The notes beneath the pieces are model-generated. The model was not told where the DNA came from, made no database searches, and worked only from the letters and a program-made list of their open reading frames with translations. 64,000 nucleotides of DNA, taken from positions 1-64,000 of IMG/VR virus record IMGVR_UViG_3300038856_000064, one strand, 5' to 3'. The position numbers were made by a program, and so were the translations under genes. The stretch is from a virus. Each line of letters begins with the position of its first letter. Within the stretch, counting starts at the first letter, position 1. This document shows, in pieces, positions 7,326 through 14,372 of the stretch.

Positions 7326-7549
7326 ATCCTTTTTTAAAGTTTTTAACCGTAGTGTTTGGTATACTATCGTTCATACATATCGCCTATGCATTTACAATAT
7401 GCATATATACACTTAATATGCTATCAAGTAGTCATCCTGACACTATTCAAATTAACGAATGGGTGTCCTGGACAGCCCTGCCGGCATTCCTGATGGGGGG
7501 CTTCTTCGGCATGTGTACTGCTGAATTAAGTGATGCAAATTGCAATTAG
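7322..7549 (+). CDS. small two-TM membrane protein
   Basis: two hydrophobic segments. Confidence 0.6.
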   Translation: MNPFLKFLTVVFGILSFIHIAYAFTICIYTLNMLSSSHPDTIQINEWVSWTALPAFLMGGFFGMCTAELSDANCN

Positions 7550-7599
7550 ACTACACACAGAAAATAAGAGACGCGGAGAGTGACTATGGGGAAAAATAA

Positions 7600-7818
7600 A
7601 TGAATGTCTATCTAGTTGAATTTTCTGATCGTATGTATGGGTTTACGATTCGTGCAATTGTTGGCCCATCCTCAGTAGAAGAATGCAAGAAATATTGTGA
7701 GGATAAATTCGGATGTCAATTCGACAAACCTTACTTAAAGACATATGCGATGATATCAGATGTTTGTGACATTATGCGCGATAGAATTACTTATTGCGAA
7801 TTTGGATATCAAGAATAA
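7600..7818 (+). CDS. hypothetical protein
   Basis: ORF in operon. Confidence 0.6.
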   Translation: MNVYLVEFSDRMYGFTIRAIVGPSSVEECKKYCEDKFGCQFDKPYLKTYAMISDVCDIMRDRITYCEFGYQE

Positions 7819-8099
7819 TGAATAATTTTAAACACGATTGTATAGAGGCTGTATTGGAGGGTGACTCAATAGTTATACGTATCTCAAGCAAGTATTTGAC
7901 TAATATCGCGATGCCTGCGTCGTTCGAAGGTATTACTGGCTACGAAGATGCTGTAATTATCGACAAGAAACAATTAATCAAAGATGTTCTAGTTGAACTT
8001 AACCGCGAGGCTGAAGATGGAACGACTATGATTCATCTTATGCTAGATGAAGCTATCACAGACGCATATGACAATGGGTCGGAGGCATTTGAGGGATGA
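7818..8099 (+). CDS. hypothetical protein
   Basis: TAATG-coupled ORF. Confidence 0.7.
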   Translation: MNNFKHDCIEAVLEGDSIVIRISSKYLTNIAMPASFEGITGYEDAVIIDKKQLIKDVLVELNREAEDGTTMIHLMLDEAITDAYDNGSEAFEG

Positions 8100-8659
8100 A
8101 TATCTGGGTGACGTCTGACTCGCACTTTTCCCATCGTAACATTTTACAATATTGCAATCGCCCCTGGTCATCCGTCGAGGAAATGAATCAGGGATTGATT
8201 GATAGATGGAACGAAAGAGTTGGCAAGAATGATGTCGTATATCATCTAGGTGATTTTTGCCTTACTACTAAAATAGACCTAATTGATGAATGGTTATCTC
8301 AGCTAAATGGTACGATTCGGCTAGTAAAAGGTAATCACGACGTCTGGATAAAAAAGCTAGATAGGTTAGAATACGGACACAAGATTGAATGGATCAGAGA
8401 TTACTCTAAACAAACCGTAATGATTGATGATCAAAAACATCAAGTGGTTATGTTTCATTTTCCAATAATGTTCTGGGAGAATAGTCATCATGGGAGTGTT
8501 CATCTGCATGGACATTGTCATGGAAATGCTCAAAATCATAATAAGAATCTACGTCGATTTGATGTTGGCGTAGATTGTAATGACTGGTATCCGGTATTGC
8601 TAGATGACGTCGTCAGACAACTAGTAAATAAAGACACTAATCCGCACCATAACGACTAG
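8096..8659 (+). CDS. calcineurin-like metallophosphoesterase
   Basis: SDSH, HLGD, GNHD, HGHCH, DVGVD. Confidence 0.92.
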   Translation: MNIWVTSDSHFSHRNILQYCNRPWSSVEEMNQGLIDRWNERVGKNDVVYHLGDFCLTTKIDLIDEWLSQLNGTIRLVKGNHDVWIKKLDRLEYGHKIEWIRDYSKQTVMIDDQKHQVVMFHFPIMFWENSHHGSVHLHGHCHGNAQNHNKNLRRFDVGVDCNDWYPVLLDDVVRQLVNKDTNPHHND

Positions 8660-8690
8660 GCTTCTTGGGATAAATAAATGACTACTAGAA

Positions 8691-9008
8691 ATGAAAATCA
8701 TTAAGAAAACACGGAAATATCTTCATGTTCGTATGACTGAAGATGAATACGAGCTACTTCAAAAGAGTATTCTTGAGCAAGATATCGAGAAGCAAAAAGA
8801 GGAAGAGCAGCTAGCATATGCTGAGTGGTTTTTTACCAATCATGTTGAAATCAACTGGCAGGATGAATATAGTTCATGGCATACTGATTGGAGGAATATC
8901 CATACAGGAAAATACGTACAAAATCCTAATTTCCATGTAACGATCTATAAATCACGATTTGCTGATGTTATTAAAGATAACAAGAAGCTACTAAAACAGA
9001 AAAAATAA
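8691..9008 (+). CDS. hypothetical protein
   Basis: 105-aa ORF. Confidence 0.7.
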   Translation: MKIIKKTRKYLHVRMTEDEYELLQKSILEQDIEKQKEEEQLAYAEWFFTNHVEINWQDEYSSWHTDWRNIHTGKYVQNPNFHVTIYKSRFADVIKDNKKLLKQKK

Positions 9009-9021
9009 TAAGAAGAAATGC

Positions 9022-9050
9022 TTGATTTTGACGTAGTCCTAGTGTATAAT
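9022..9050 (+). promoter_or_regulatory. promoter TTGATT-N17-TATAAT containing TAGTGTATAAT motif
   Basis: upstream of tRNA-Pro cluster. Confidence 0.6.
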
Positions 9051-9094
9051 GCCTTTATGCGCGGAGGAGTTCCGCTGTTTCCAAAACAATATTT

Positions 9095-9173
9095 CAGGGT
9101 ATAGCTCAGTCTGGTTTAGAGCGTTCCGTTTGGGGCGGAAAAGTCGGGAGTTCAAATCTCTCTACCTTGACCA
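9095..9173 (+). tRNA. tRNA-Pro(TGG) with CCA
   Basis: CAGGGTA/TACCTTG-A-CCA; TTCCG-TTTGGGG-CGGAA. Confidence 0.93.
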
Positions 9174-9313
9174 ATGGTCTAGGAGCAGCCATAAAGTGCT
9201 CACCTCTAGAAAGAGTTTATGAAGTCAACGCGCAAGCGAGCCCTTCTTGTCCGGTATAGCTCACCTAGTTGCATGGAAAGCCGGTTTCTTTTATAGTTGC
9301 GTAAGCAACCATG
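9174..9313 (+). ncRNA. structured RNA resembling 23S rRNA H43/H44 (GTPase-associated centre) with insertions
   Basis: TGGTCTAGGAGCAGCCAT, AAAGAGT and ATAGCTCAC in 23S order; two GNRA hairpins; lies between tRNA-Pro and tRNA-Phe. Confidence 0.65.
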
Positions 9314-9318
9314 TTTAT

Positions 9319-9389
9319 GGAGGTGTCGGTTACATGGGTAACAGCGAGGTGAAAACTCGCGGGGTCTGGTTCGAATCCAGGAGCCTCCA
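9319..9389 (+). tRNA. tRNA-Phe(GAA), atypical D-arm
   Basis: GGAGGT/GCCTCC, GCGAG-GTGAAAA-CTCGC, TCTGG-TTCGAAT-CCAGG. Confidence 0.8.
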
Positions 9390-9413
9390 ATCATTTTAAA
9401 AAAGGATAGGATC

Positions 9414-9833
9414 ATGACTGAAGAAGATATCATTTATGATGGGTCGGAAGAACCACTAGCCCCTGGTGAGGGGGTTAAGTGTACGGGTTACCATAAAGTC
9501 GAGTTTAGTATGAATGACGAAAAGAACGTCGCCGTCATTGTGCAGGGTACTAACGGAATGTCCGACGCCGACGTTCAAGGAGAGGCTCGACGTCAAACGC
9601 CGCAGACTATTCTAGATGAAGTCGCCGGAGATACAAATTGCGTAACATATGAATGTTGTGAGGAGTGTATAGCTGTTGCTAGTTGGTCGAATCCACTAAT
9701 TGCAACTACGATTCCATCTGCGCCACAACGCTTTAATGTAGGAACCTCGATTGAGTTTGCGGTAGTTCATGTTAAACTAACTTTTGAGGCTGATATCAGC
9801 GCGATTGGCTCATGTGAGTGTCCCGAATCATAA
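9414..9833 (+). CDS. Acidic Cys-rich hypothetical protein (paralog of 459..839)
   Basis: EGVKCTG, MSDAD, ECCEEC, CECPES. Confidence 0.8.
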   Translation: MTEEDIIYDGSEEPLAPGEGVKCTGYHKVEFSMNDEKNVAVIVQGTNGMSDADVQGEARRQTPQTILDEVAGDTNCVTYECCEECIAVASWSNPLIATTIPSAPQRFNVGTSIEFAVVHVKLTFEADISAIGSCECPES

Positions 9834-9839
9834 TCTTGA

Positions 9840-9923
9840 TGGAGTGTGGCGGAACTGGTAGACGCACTAAACTGTTAATTTAGCGCCCGTGAGGGTTTGC
9901 AGGTTCGAAGCCTGCCACTCCAG
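9840..9923 (+). tRNA. tRNA-Asn(GTT) on a class II (long variable arm) body
   Basis: TGGAGTG/CACTCCA-G, CTAAA-CTGTTAA-TTTAG, CCC-GTGA-GGG variable arm. Confidence 0.88.
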
Positions 9924-9931
9924 ATACTTAT

Positions 9932-10003
9932 GGTAGATGTGTTGTAATGGTAGCATATAAGATTGTGTCTCTTAAGGTGGGAGTTCGATTCTCCTCATTT
10001 GCC
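9932..10003 (+). tRNA. tRNA-His(GTG) with encoded G-1
   Basis: GGTAGATG/CATTTGCC, TAAGA-TTGTGTC-TCTTA. Confidence 0.88.
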
Positions 10004-10005
10004 CT

Positions 10006-10206
10006 ATGAAAGCAACTAGAATGGAAGACGATGGATATGACGGTAGTGAATATTCCTTACAAGAAATAGCTGCCCTTGATGAATACTTTAAAAGGTATAC
10101 TAAGATAGCTAATTTATACAATGAGCTTATTCTTCTAGAAGAAAATCTTTCTCGTAAGGAATTATTAGAGTTAATGCTTTGCGACTTACATGAAGAAAAT
10201 AAGTAA
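10006..10206 (+). CDS. acidic hypothetical protein
   Basis: 66-aa ORF. Confidence 0.55.
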   Translation: MKATRMEDDGYDGSEYSLQEIAALDEYFKRYTKIANLYNELILLEENLSRKELLELMLCDLHEENK

Positions 10207-10233
10207 TTGATGGCACCACCAAAGGGGTAAAGT

Positions 10234-10344
10234 ATGTATAAAGACATTGATAAGTTTCGTACGGCTAAGGGGTGGCTAACTATTCGTTGGCTAGGTGAGT
10301 CGAATGGCTACTATAGTGAAAGCGTAGATATACTAAAGGTATGA
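10234..10344 (+). pseudogene. 36-codon remnant resembling the C-terminus of a common phage protein ([13 protein letters not shown])
   Basis: [36 protein letters not shown]; N-terminal part apparently absent. Confidence 0.45.
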
Positions 10345-10541
10345 ACAAGCTATATGGTAGACTCGCCGGACGATGTCGCTATCACGGGATGAATAAATTC
10401 GGTGGTGGTGGTAAGGTGTGCTTCAATCGCCAAAAACATATTTGTGAAGTCGCAGCGGAGTGTAATGCATCTAGAAAATCAAAATATAGTAAACGCTATA
10501 TGAGGAGACAGGCGCGTAGGCGAGATTGGGAATTGCCATGA
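10341..10541 (+). CDS. small very basic Cys/His protein
   Basis: ATGA-coupled; R/K-rich. Confidence 0.6.
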   Translation: MNKLYGRLAGRCRYHGMNKFGGGGKVCFNRQKHICEVAAECNASRKSKYSKRYMRRQARRRDWELP

Positions 10542-10654
10542 TGGTCTGCTCTAGGTGTCATAAATAAAATTCAAAAAACAGTAGCCAACTCTAGTATGTG
10601 TGATACAATAGAGTGTTCAAGGCAGTATTTCTAACAGTAACAGTAACAAATAAA

Positions 10655-10996
10655 ATGATGAATCTACTAATTTGCGTTCTAATCTCAGTTCTTTGCTCTT
10701 GTAGTGACACGCCCGCGCAGGGTGGTCAAGAGAGTAATCTTCCGCCGTTCCAGCATTCGGATCCATGGGGCGGTCAGGGTAACCACAAGGGTCACAAGGG
10801 GCATAAGAAGCACAAGCGATGCAAGCACGGCTGCCTTCCCTCCTCTTGCGAAGAGCGGACCTGCAAGCATCACAAGCGGCGCGATCCATGCACCCCGGCA
10901 CCCGTCCCAGAGCCGATGACGATGCTCCTGATGGGCACTGGCTTGGTCGGCGCGGGAGCCTGGAATAAGCGTCGCCGCCGCAATTCCTCGATGTGA
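10655..10996 (+). CDS. PEP-CTERM sorting-domain protein with lipoprotein-like signal and His/Lys/Cys-rich core
   Basis: VLCSC lipobox; C-terminal PVPEP + TM + KRRRR; GC-rich. Confidence 0.85.
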   Translation: MMNLLICVLISVLCSCSDTPAQGGQESNLPPFQHSDPWGGQGNHKGHKGHKKHKRCKHGCLPSSCEERTCKHHKRRDPCTPAPVPEPMTMLLMGTGLVGAGAWNKRRRRNSSM

Positions 10997-11172
10997 TGTC
11001 ACGCCGTAGTAATGAGTGGGCCAAGACTTTTTTGGTCCTTAGTGTATTACTATCTCTAGTTGCTTTTGTATGGGTTGTTTTTGATCGAGTAGCTAAAAGA
11101 GCTGAGATTGAGACGAATTATAAAAAGTGGCTACTAGAAAATAAATACAGTGAAGATGAGTTGTATAGATAA

Positions 11173-11248
11173 TGGGGCGTGGCCAAATTGGAATTAAGGC
11201 ACTCGACTACGAATCGAGAGATTGCAAGTTCGAATCTTGTCGTCCCTG
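11173..11248 (+). tRNA. tRNA-Arg(ACG)
   Basis: GGGGCG/CGTCCC, CTCGA-CTACGAA-TCGAG, GCAAG-TTCGAAT-CTTGT. Confidence 0.9.
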
Positions 11249-11263
11249 TTTAAAGGCAAACTA

Positions 11264-11434
11264 ATGAAAATCGAACCAGGACAGATCGTCGTAGTTAACG
11301 GACAAACTCTAGTTGCCCGTGAAACTTTTCGTGGACTAGGAACAATGTGGGTTCGCTACACGATTTCTGGTCGCAATCAAGATGAGAATCGCTATACTAC
11401 TCGTGACGAGTGGGTTCAATGGAGTAACAACTAG
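11264..11434 (+). CDS. hypothetical protein
   Basis: ATG after tRNA, AAGG upstream. Confidence 0.55.
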   Translation: MKIEPGQIVVVNGQTLVARETFRGLGTMWVRYTISGRNQDENRYTTRDEWVQWSNN

Positions 11435-11442
11435 TAGATTAA

Positions 11443-11516
11443 ATCGGGGTGGCGTAATTGGCTAACGCAGCACACTCTGAATGTGAAGATTCTAGGTTCG
11501 AGTCCTAGTCCCGGTA
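11443..11516 (+). tRNA. tRNA-Gln(CTG)
   Basis: ATCGGGG/TCCCGGT, CACA-CTCTGAA-TGTG, CTAGG-TTCGAGT-CCTAG. Confidence 0.88.
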
Positions 11517-11530
11517 TATTATAGATTCAT

Positions 11531-11653
11531 GGCCCTAAGTGTAGGCTTGCACGGTTACGTATCTCGTAGATTTGTTAGCTACAATGAAGAAATCACGACG
11601 ATCGAGTGATATCTAGAGGCGTAAACAGAGCCGGTTCGAGTCCGGCGGGGTCA
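11531..11653 (+). ncRNA. tRNA-like RNA with two-hairpin insertion replacing the anticodon loop
   Basis: GGCCCT/GGGGTC, GTGT/GCAC D-stem, TTACGT/GCGTAA stem, GCCGG-TTCGAGT-CCGGC. Confidence 0.7.
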
Positions 11654-11693
11654 ACATTATACCTCTCTAGTAGAGATGGTATGATAATAATAT

Positions 11694-11782
11694 GGGGTAG
11701 CGCTTGGGCGTGACGCGACGGCGTTGTGATGGTTCGAATCCATCGTGGGATATCCAGGTTCGATTCCTGGTCTACCCCTCCA
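11694..11782 (+). ncRNA. tRNA-like RNA with two T-arms, ends in encoded CCA
   Basis: GGGGTAG/CTACCCC-T-CCA; GATGG-TTCGAAT-CCATC; CCAGG-TTCGATT-CCTGG. Confidence 0.75.
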
Positions 11783-11821
11783 TTTAATGCGTTCGGTTAA
11801 AATTTGGGCTGAGAGAAAAGC

Positions 11822-12034
11822 ATGAGGCAAATATTCAGCAAACAAACTGATAGTCGCGGGAATAAAGACTGGCGCAAGCCCTGGCTGGGCAAGCGCAGAT
11901 CTACAAGTTTTGATTCTAGTTGTCAGAATCATGGCGGCTGTAGCTATTGTAAGCGCAATAGGACTCATAAGAACCGTAAGCGCGAACTAGAAGCTCAAGA
12001 ACAATTAGAAGATTTCGAAAATGGCTTGACTTAG
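11822..12034 (+). CDS. small basic protein with CxNHGxCxYC motif
   Basis: DSSCQNHGGCSYCKRNR. Confidence 0.7.
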   Translation: MRQIFSKQTDSRGNKDWRKPWLGKRRSTSFDSSCQNHGGCSYCKRNRTHKNRKRELEAQEQLEDFENGLT

Positions 12035-12053
12035 TCTATCTAGATGGTATAAT
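12026..12053 (+). promoter_or_regulatory. promoter TTGACT-N16-TATAAT with extended -10; leaderless ATG at 12059
   Basis: TGG-TATAAT-AGAGT-ATG. Confidence 0.7.
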
Positions 12054-12058
12054 AGAGT

Positions 12059-12268
12059 ATGAAGACACAAGGAATGACCGTATCTGAGTTGCGTGAAGCG
12101 ATGCATGCGTTGCTACCCTCTGAAGTGCCGCACACAAAAGCAGACGAGGCACGCTGTGCGCTCTATCATGAGCTTGAGCACGCCGAGGCTTATATGATGG
12201 GCTGGGGCAAAACCAAGCTACCAGAGCCGCGTGACCCCAGGGAGGTAATCAAGGATTTCAATGGATGA
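12059..12268 (+). CDS. hypothetical protein
   Basis: ORF 5 nt after -10 box. Confidence 0.7.
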   Translation: MKTQGMTVSELREAMHALLPSEVPHTKADEARCALYHELEHAEAYMMGWGKTKLPEPRDPREVIKDFNG

Positions 12269-12452
12269 CTGGTATGAGGAGTATGTAACGGTAACGGAAG
12301 AGGTGTTTGAGGCACAGAGGCTTCTAGATAAAGCCAACGACATTATTGGCGCTCTGTTGGATCAGCAGGCTATGCCAGATGCCGAGTTGGAGTTGGAAAT
12401 CAATATTTGGAAGGATAACAGGGCTAGTTGGAATAAGCGAATATATTCCTAG
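12261..12452 (+). CDS. hypothetical protein
   Basis: coupled ORF. Confidence 0.65.
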   Translation: MDDWYEEYVTVTEEVFEAQRLLDKANDIIGALLDQQAMPDAELELEINIWKDNRASWNKRIYS

Positions 12453-12466
12453 TAGATACTAAGCGA

Positions 12467-12539
12467 AGCCCTGTAGCTCAGCGGTTAGAGCAGCGTCCTT
12501 ATAAGACGAAGGCCGAAAGTTCAACTCTTTCCAGGGCTA
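12467..12539 (+). tRNA. tRNA-Ile(TAT)
   Basis: AGCCCTG/CAGGGCT-A, CGTC-CTTATAA-GACG, canonical D and T arms. Confidence 0.92.
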
Positions 12540-12576
12540 TTATTATGCCAATATTTCATCACAAGACGACTAATAT

Positions 12577-12647
12577 ACCTCATCCGGTGGCATCCGGTGC
12601 TGGAACTCCTAATTCTGGTTACGCAAGTTCGATTCTTGCATGAGGCG
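12577..12647 (+). tRNA. tRNA-Arg(CCT), aberrant D-arm
   Basis: CCTCAT/ATGAGG, GAA-CTCCTAA-TTC, GCAAG-TTCGATT-CTTGC. Confidence 0.7.
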
Positions 12648-12656
12648 ATAATTATT

Positions 12657-12893
12657 ATGGAAAAATACAAACAGCTTGTGACACAAATCAAGGTAGCACT
12701 TTCTACATTCGAAGTAGAATGCGTCCATCGTAATTGGAATCCGTTACCTGGACAACCCCCTCCGAAAGGAACGGTGTGGGAGGCACATACAGACTATCTT
12801 AATCGTCGCGTTATTGCTATTGGTAACTCCAAGAAGGACGTACTCAAGAATCTTGAACGACATCTACGATACTATATGGAGAGAGGATTCTAG
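12657..12893 (+). CDS. hypothetical protein
   Basis: ATG after tRNA. Confidence 0.6.
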   Translation: MEKYKQLVTQIKVALSTFEVECVHRNWNPLPGQPPPKGTVWEAHTDYLNRRVIAIGNSKKDVLKNLERHLRYYMERGF

Positions 12894-12954
12894 AGACGTT
12901 CTAGTGTTCCAAACTTCAAAACTCTAACGAAAAAAATCCCAAAAACAAAATCAA

Positions 12955-13308
12955 ATGCGAAAAGTTCGAATTTCAAGAAAGAAGTGGCTACGTGGTGGTG
13001 TCCCCGCCTGGATGTGCGACGCAAATGGCAAGATGTGTTGTCTTGGATTCGCTGCGAATCAAATCAGCAGGATTTCCAAGAACGCAATGTATATGAATTA
13101 TGAACCAAGTCAGATTTATGAAAAGAAGTCTTTTCTAGTTGACTTTATATCTACAGAAGATCTCCATCATTCAGAAATTGTCAATAATCATTTTACTAAT
13201 AAAGCCATAGCGATTAATGACGATATCGGCATTACCGATTCAGAACGGGAAGATCGATTAACAAAGCTTTTTGCAAAGAATGGTATCAAGTTAGAGTTTG
13301 TAGATTAA
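12955..13308 (+). CDS. hypothetical phage protein (GKMCCLG motif)
   Basis: WLRG..MCCLG..IND. Confidence 0.75.
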   Translation: MRKVRISRKKWLRGGVPAWMCDANGKMCCLGFAANQISRISKNAMYMNYEPSQIYEKKSFLVDFISTEDLHHSEIVNNHFTNKAIAINDDIGITDSEREDRLTKLFAKNGIKLEFVD

Positions 13309-13309
13309 A

Positions 13310-13651
13310 ATGGAACTACTAGATGAAATCAAAACTCTAGAAGTGTTGTGCTTACACACTCATCAGTGGGGTATGTTTATTAGCTGGAATAACCTAAGGC
13401 AGATTCCAGCAGAAGATTTTCTAGATGAACTTCTAAAGGCTGTACCATACCTAAATATACAGGAATATTTCCAAGCTATTATGGAAGAGCGAGCATATCT
13501 CTTGTTTGATACCGAAGAGGAGATGATTCGACACTATCATATGACTGTGGGGGATGATGGTCCGACTGAACTAAATGATTATGATGGACCACTTAGGGTT
13601 TATGCGATCACCTGTGACCCAAAAGGACAACTAGGTTACGAGAACACATAA
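13310..13651 (+). CDS. hypothetical protein
   Basis: 113-aa ORF. Confidence 0.75.
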   Translation: MELLDEIKTLEVLCLHTHQWGMFISWNNLRQIPAEDFLDELLKAVPYLNIQEYFQAIMEERAYLLFDTEEEMIRHYHMTVGDDGPTELNDYDGPLRVYAITCDPKGQLGYENT

Positions 13652-13723
13652 GCGGGCATAGTGTCAACAGTAGCATACCAGCCTTCCAAGCTGGGGGTCT
13701 CGGGGCAGAACCGAGTGCCCGCA
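13652..13723 (+). tRNA. tRNA-Gly(TCC), atypical T-loop GGCAGAA
   Basis: GCGGGCA/TGCCCGC, CCAGC-CTTCCAA-GCTGG. Confidence 0.85.
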
Positions 13724-13728
13724 TTCAT

Positions 13729-13799
13729 GGGTCGGTAGCTTAAATGATAGAGCCCACCATTGTAGGGTGGAGGTGCGGGTTTGAATCCCGTCTGATTCA
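13729..13799 (+). tRNA. tRNA with TGT anticodon (Thr-like), GU-rich acceptor incl. G3.U70
   Basis: GGGTCGG/CTGATTC-A, CCACC-ATTGTAG-GGTGG, GCGGG-TTTGAAT-CCCGT. Confidence 0.72.
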
Positions 13800-13804
13800 A
13801 TTAT

Positions 13805-14146
13805 ATGACTACTTGGAAAAAAGTCCTGACATTAGAAATGATGCGTGATCGTATTACGTATTATAATCAGCGCATTAAATGTAGGGTAAAAAATAAGAAA
13901 AGGTCAGCCGCTTACATCCTGGAAAATGGTAAGATTCTTCCAATAGTTCCTAACTCTGGTAAGTTTATCCACATACTATATATGGAAAGGGGTTTTCCAA
14001 TTGATGTAGCTAGACAAATTCTAGAAGACAAAGGGCTAGCGGCTGATGAAGAACAATTACAGATGTGTATTAACAATGAGCTGATCAAACAAATTAAAGC
14101 ACGAGAAAGAAAAAACCGGAGGGTAGATCGTTCGATTCGATCGTAA
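13805..14146 (+). CDS. protein with stand-alone AlaRS helical-domain-like segment
   Basis: SGKFIHILYMERGFPIDVARQILEDKGLAADEEQL resembles AlaRS GxxAFxLYDTYGFPxDLxxxxxxExGxxVDExGF. Confidence 0.6.
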   Translation: MTTWKKVLTLEMMRDRITYYNQRIKCRVKNKKRSAAYILENGKILPIVPNSGKFIHILYMERGFPIDVARQILEDKGLAADEEQLQMCINNELIKQIKARERKNRRVDRSIRS

Positions 14147-14240
14147 GCTTGGCCTGCTGGTCGCGGTGCGAGCCCGCTATATAAATATAGAAGACAAAAG
14201 TTCGACGGAACGCCCGGAGGTTCGAATCCTCCCTTTCTCA
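14103..14240 (+). ncRNA. tRNA-like RNA with three T-loop-type hairpins
   Basis: GAGAAAG/CTTTCTC-A; GATCG-TTCGATT-CGATC; GCGG-TGCGAGC-CCGC; GGAGG-TTCGAAT-CCTCC. Confidence 0.6.
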
Positions 14241-14285
14241 AAATTTATCGCACGAAAGACAGCTAGAAACACATAATATGGATAG

Positions 14286-14359
14286 CGGCGGGTAGCTCAG
14301 TTGGTCAGAGCATTCGGCTGATAACCGGAGGGTCGATGGTTCAAGTCCATCTCCGCCGA
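14286..14359 (+). tRNA. tRNA-Ile(GAT)
   Basis: CGGCGGG/TCCGCCG-A, TTCGG-CTGATAA-CCGGA. Confidence 0.95.
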
Positions 14360-14372
14360 CACAGGAGTAATT

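Noticed and set aside
9174-9268. True rRNA gene or host contamination
   Set aside because: Only three short blocks match, separated by inserts and flanked by phage-type tRNAs
11531-11653. tmRNA
   Set aside because: Only about 123 nt, no G3.U70, no tag ORF or pseudoknot series
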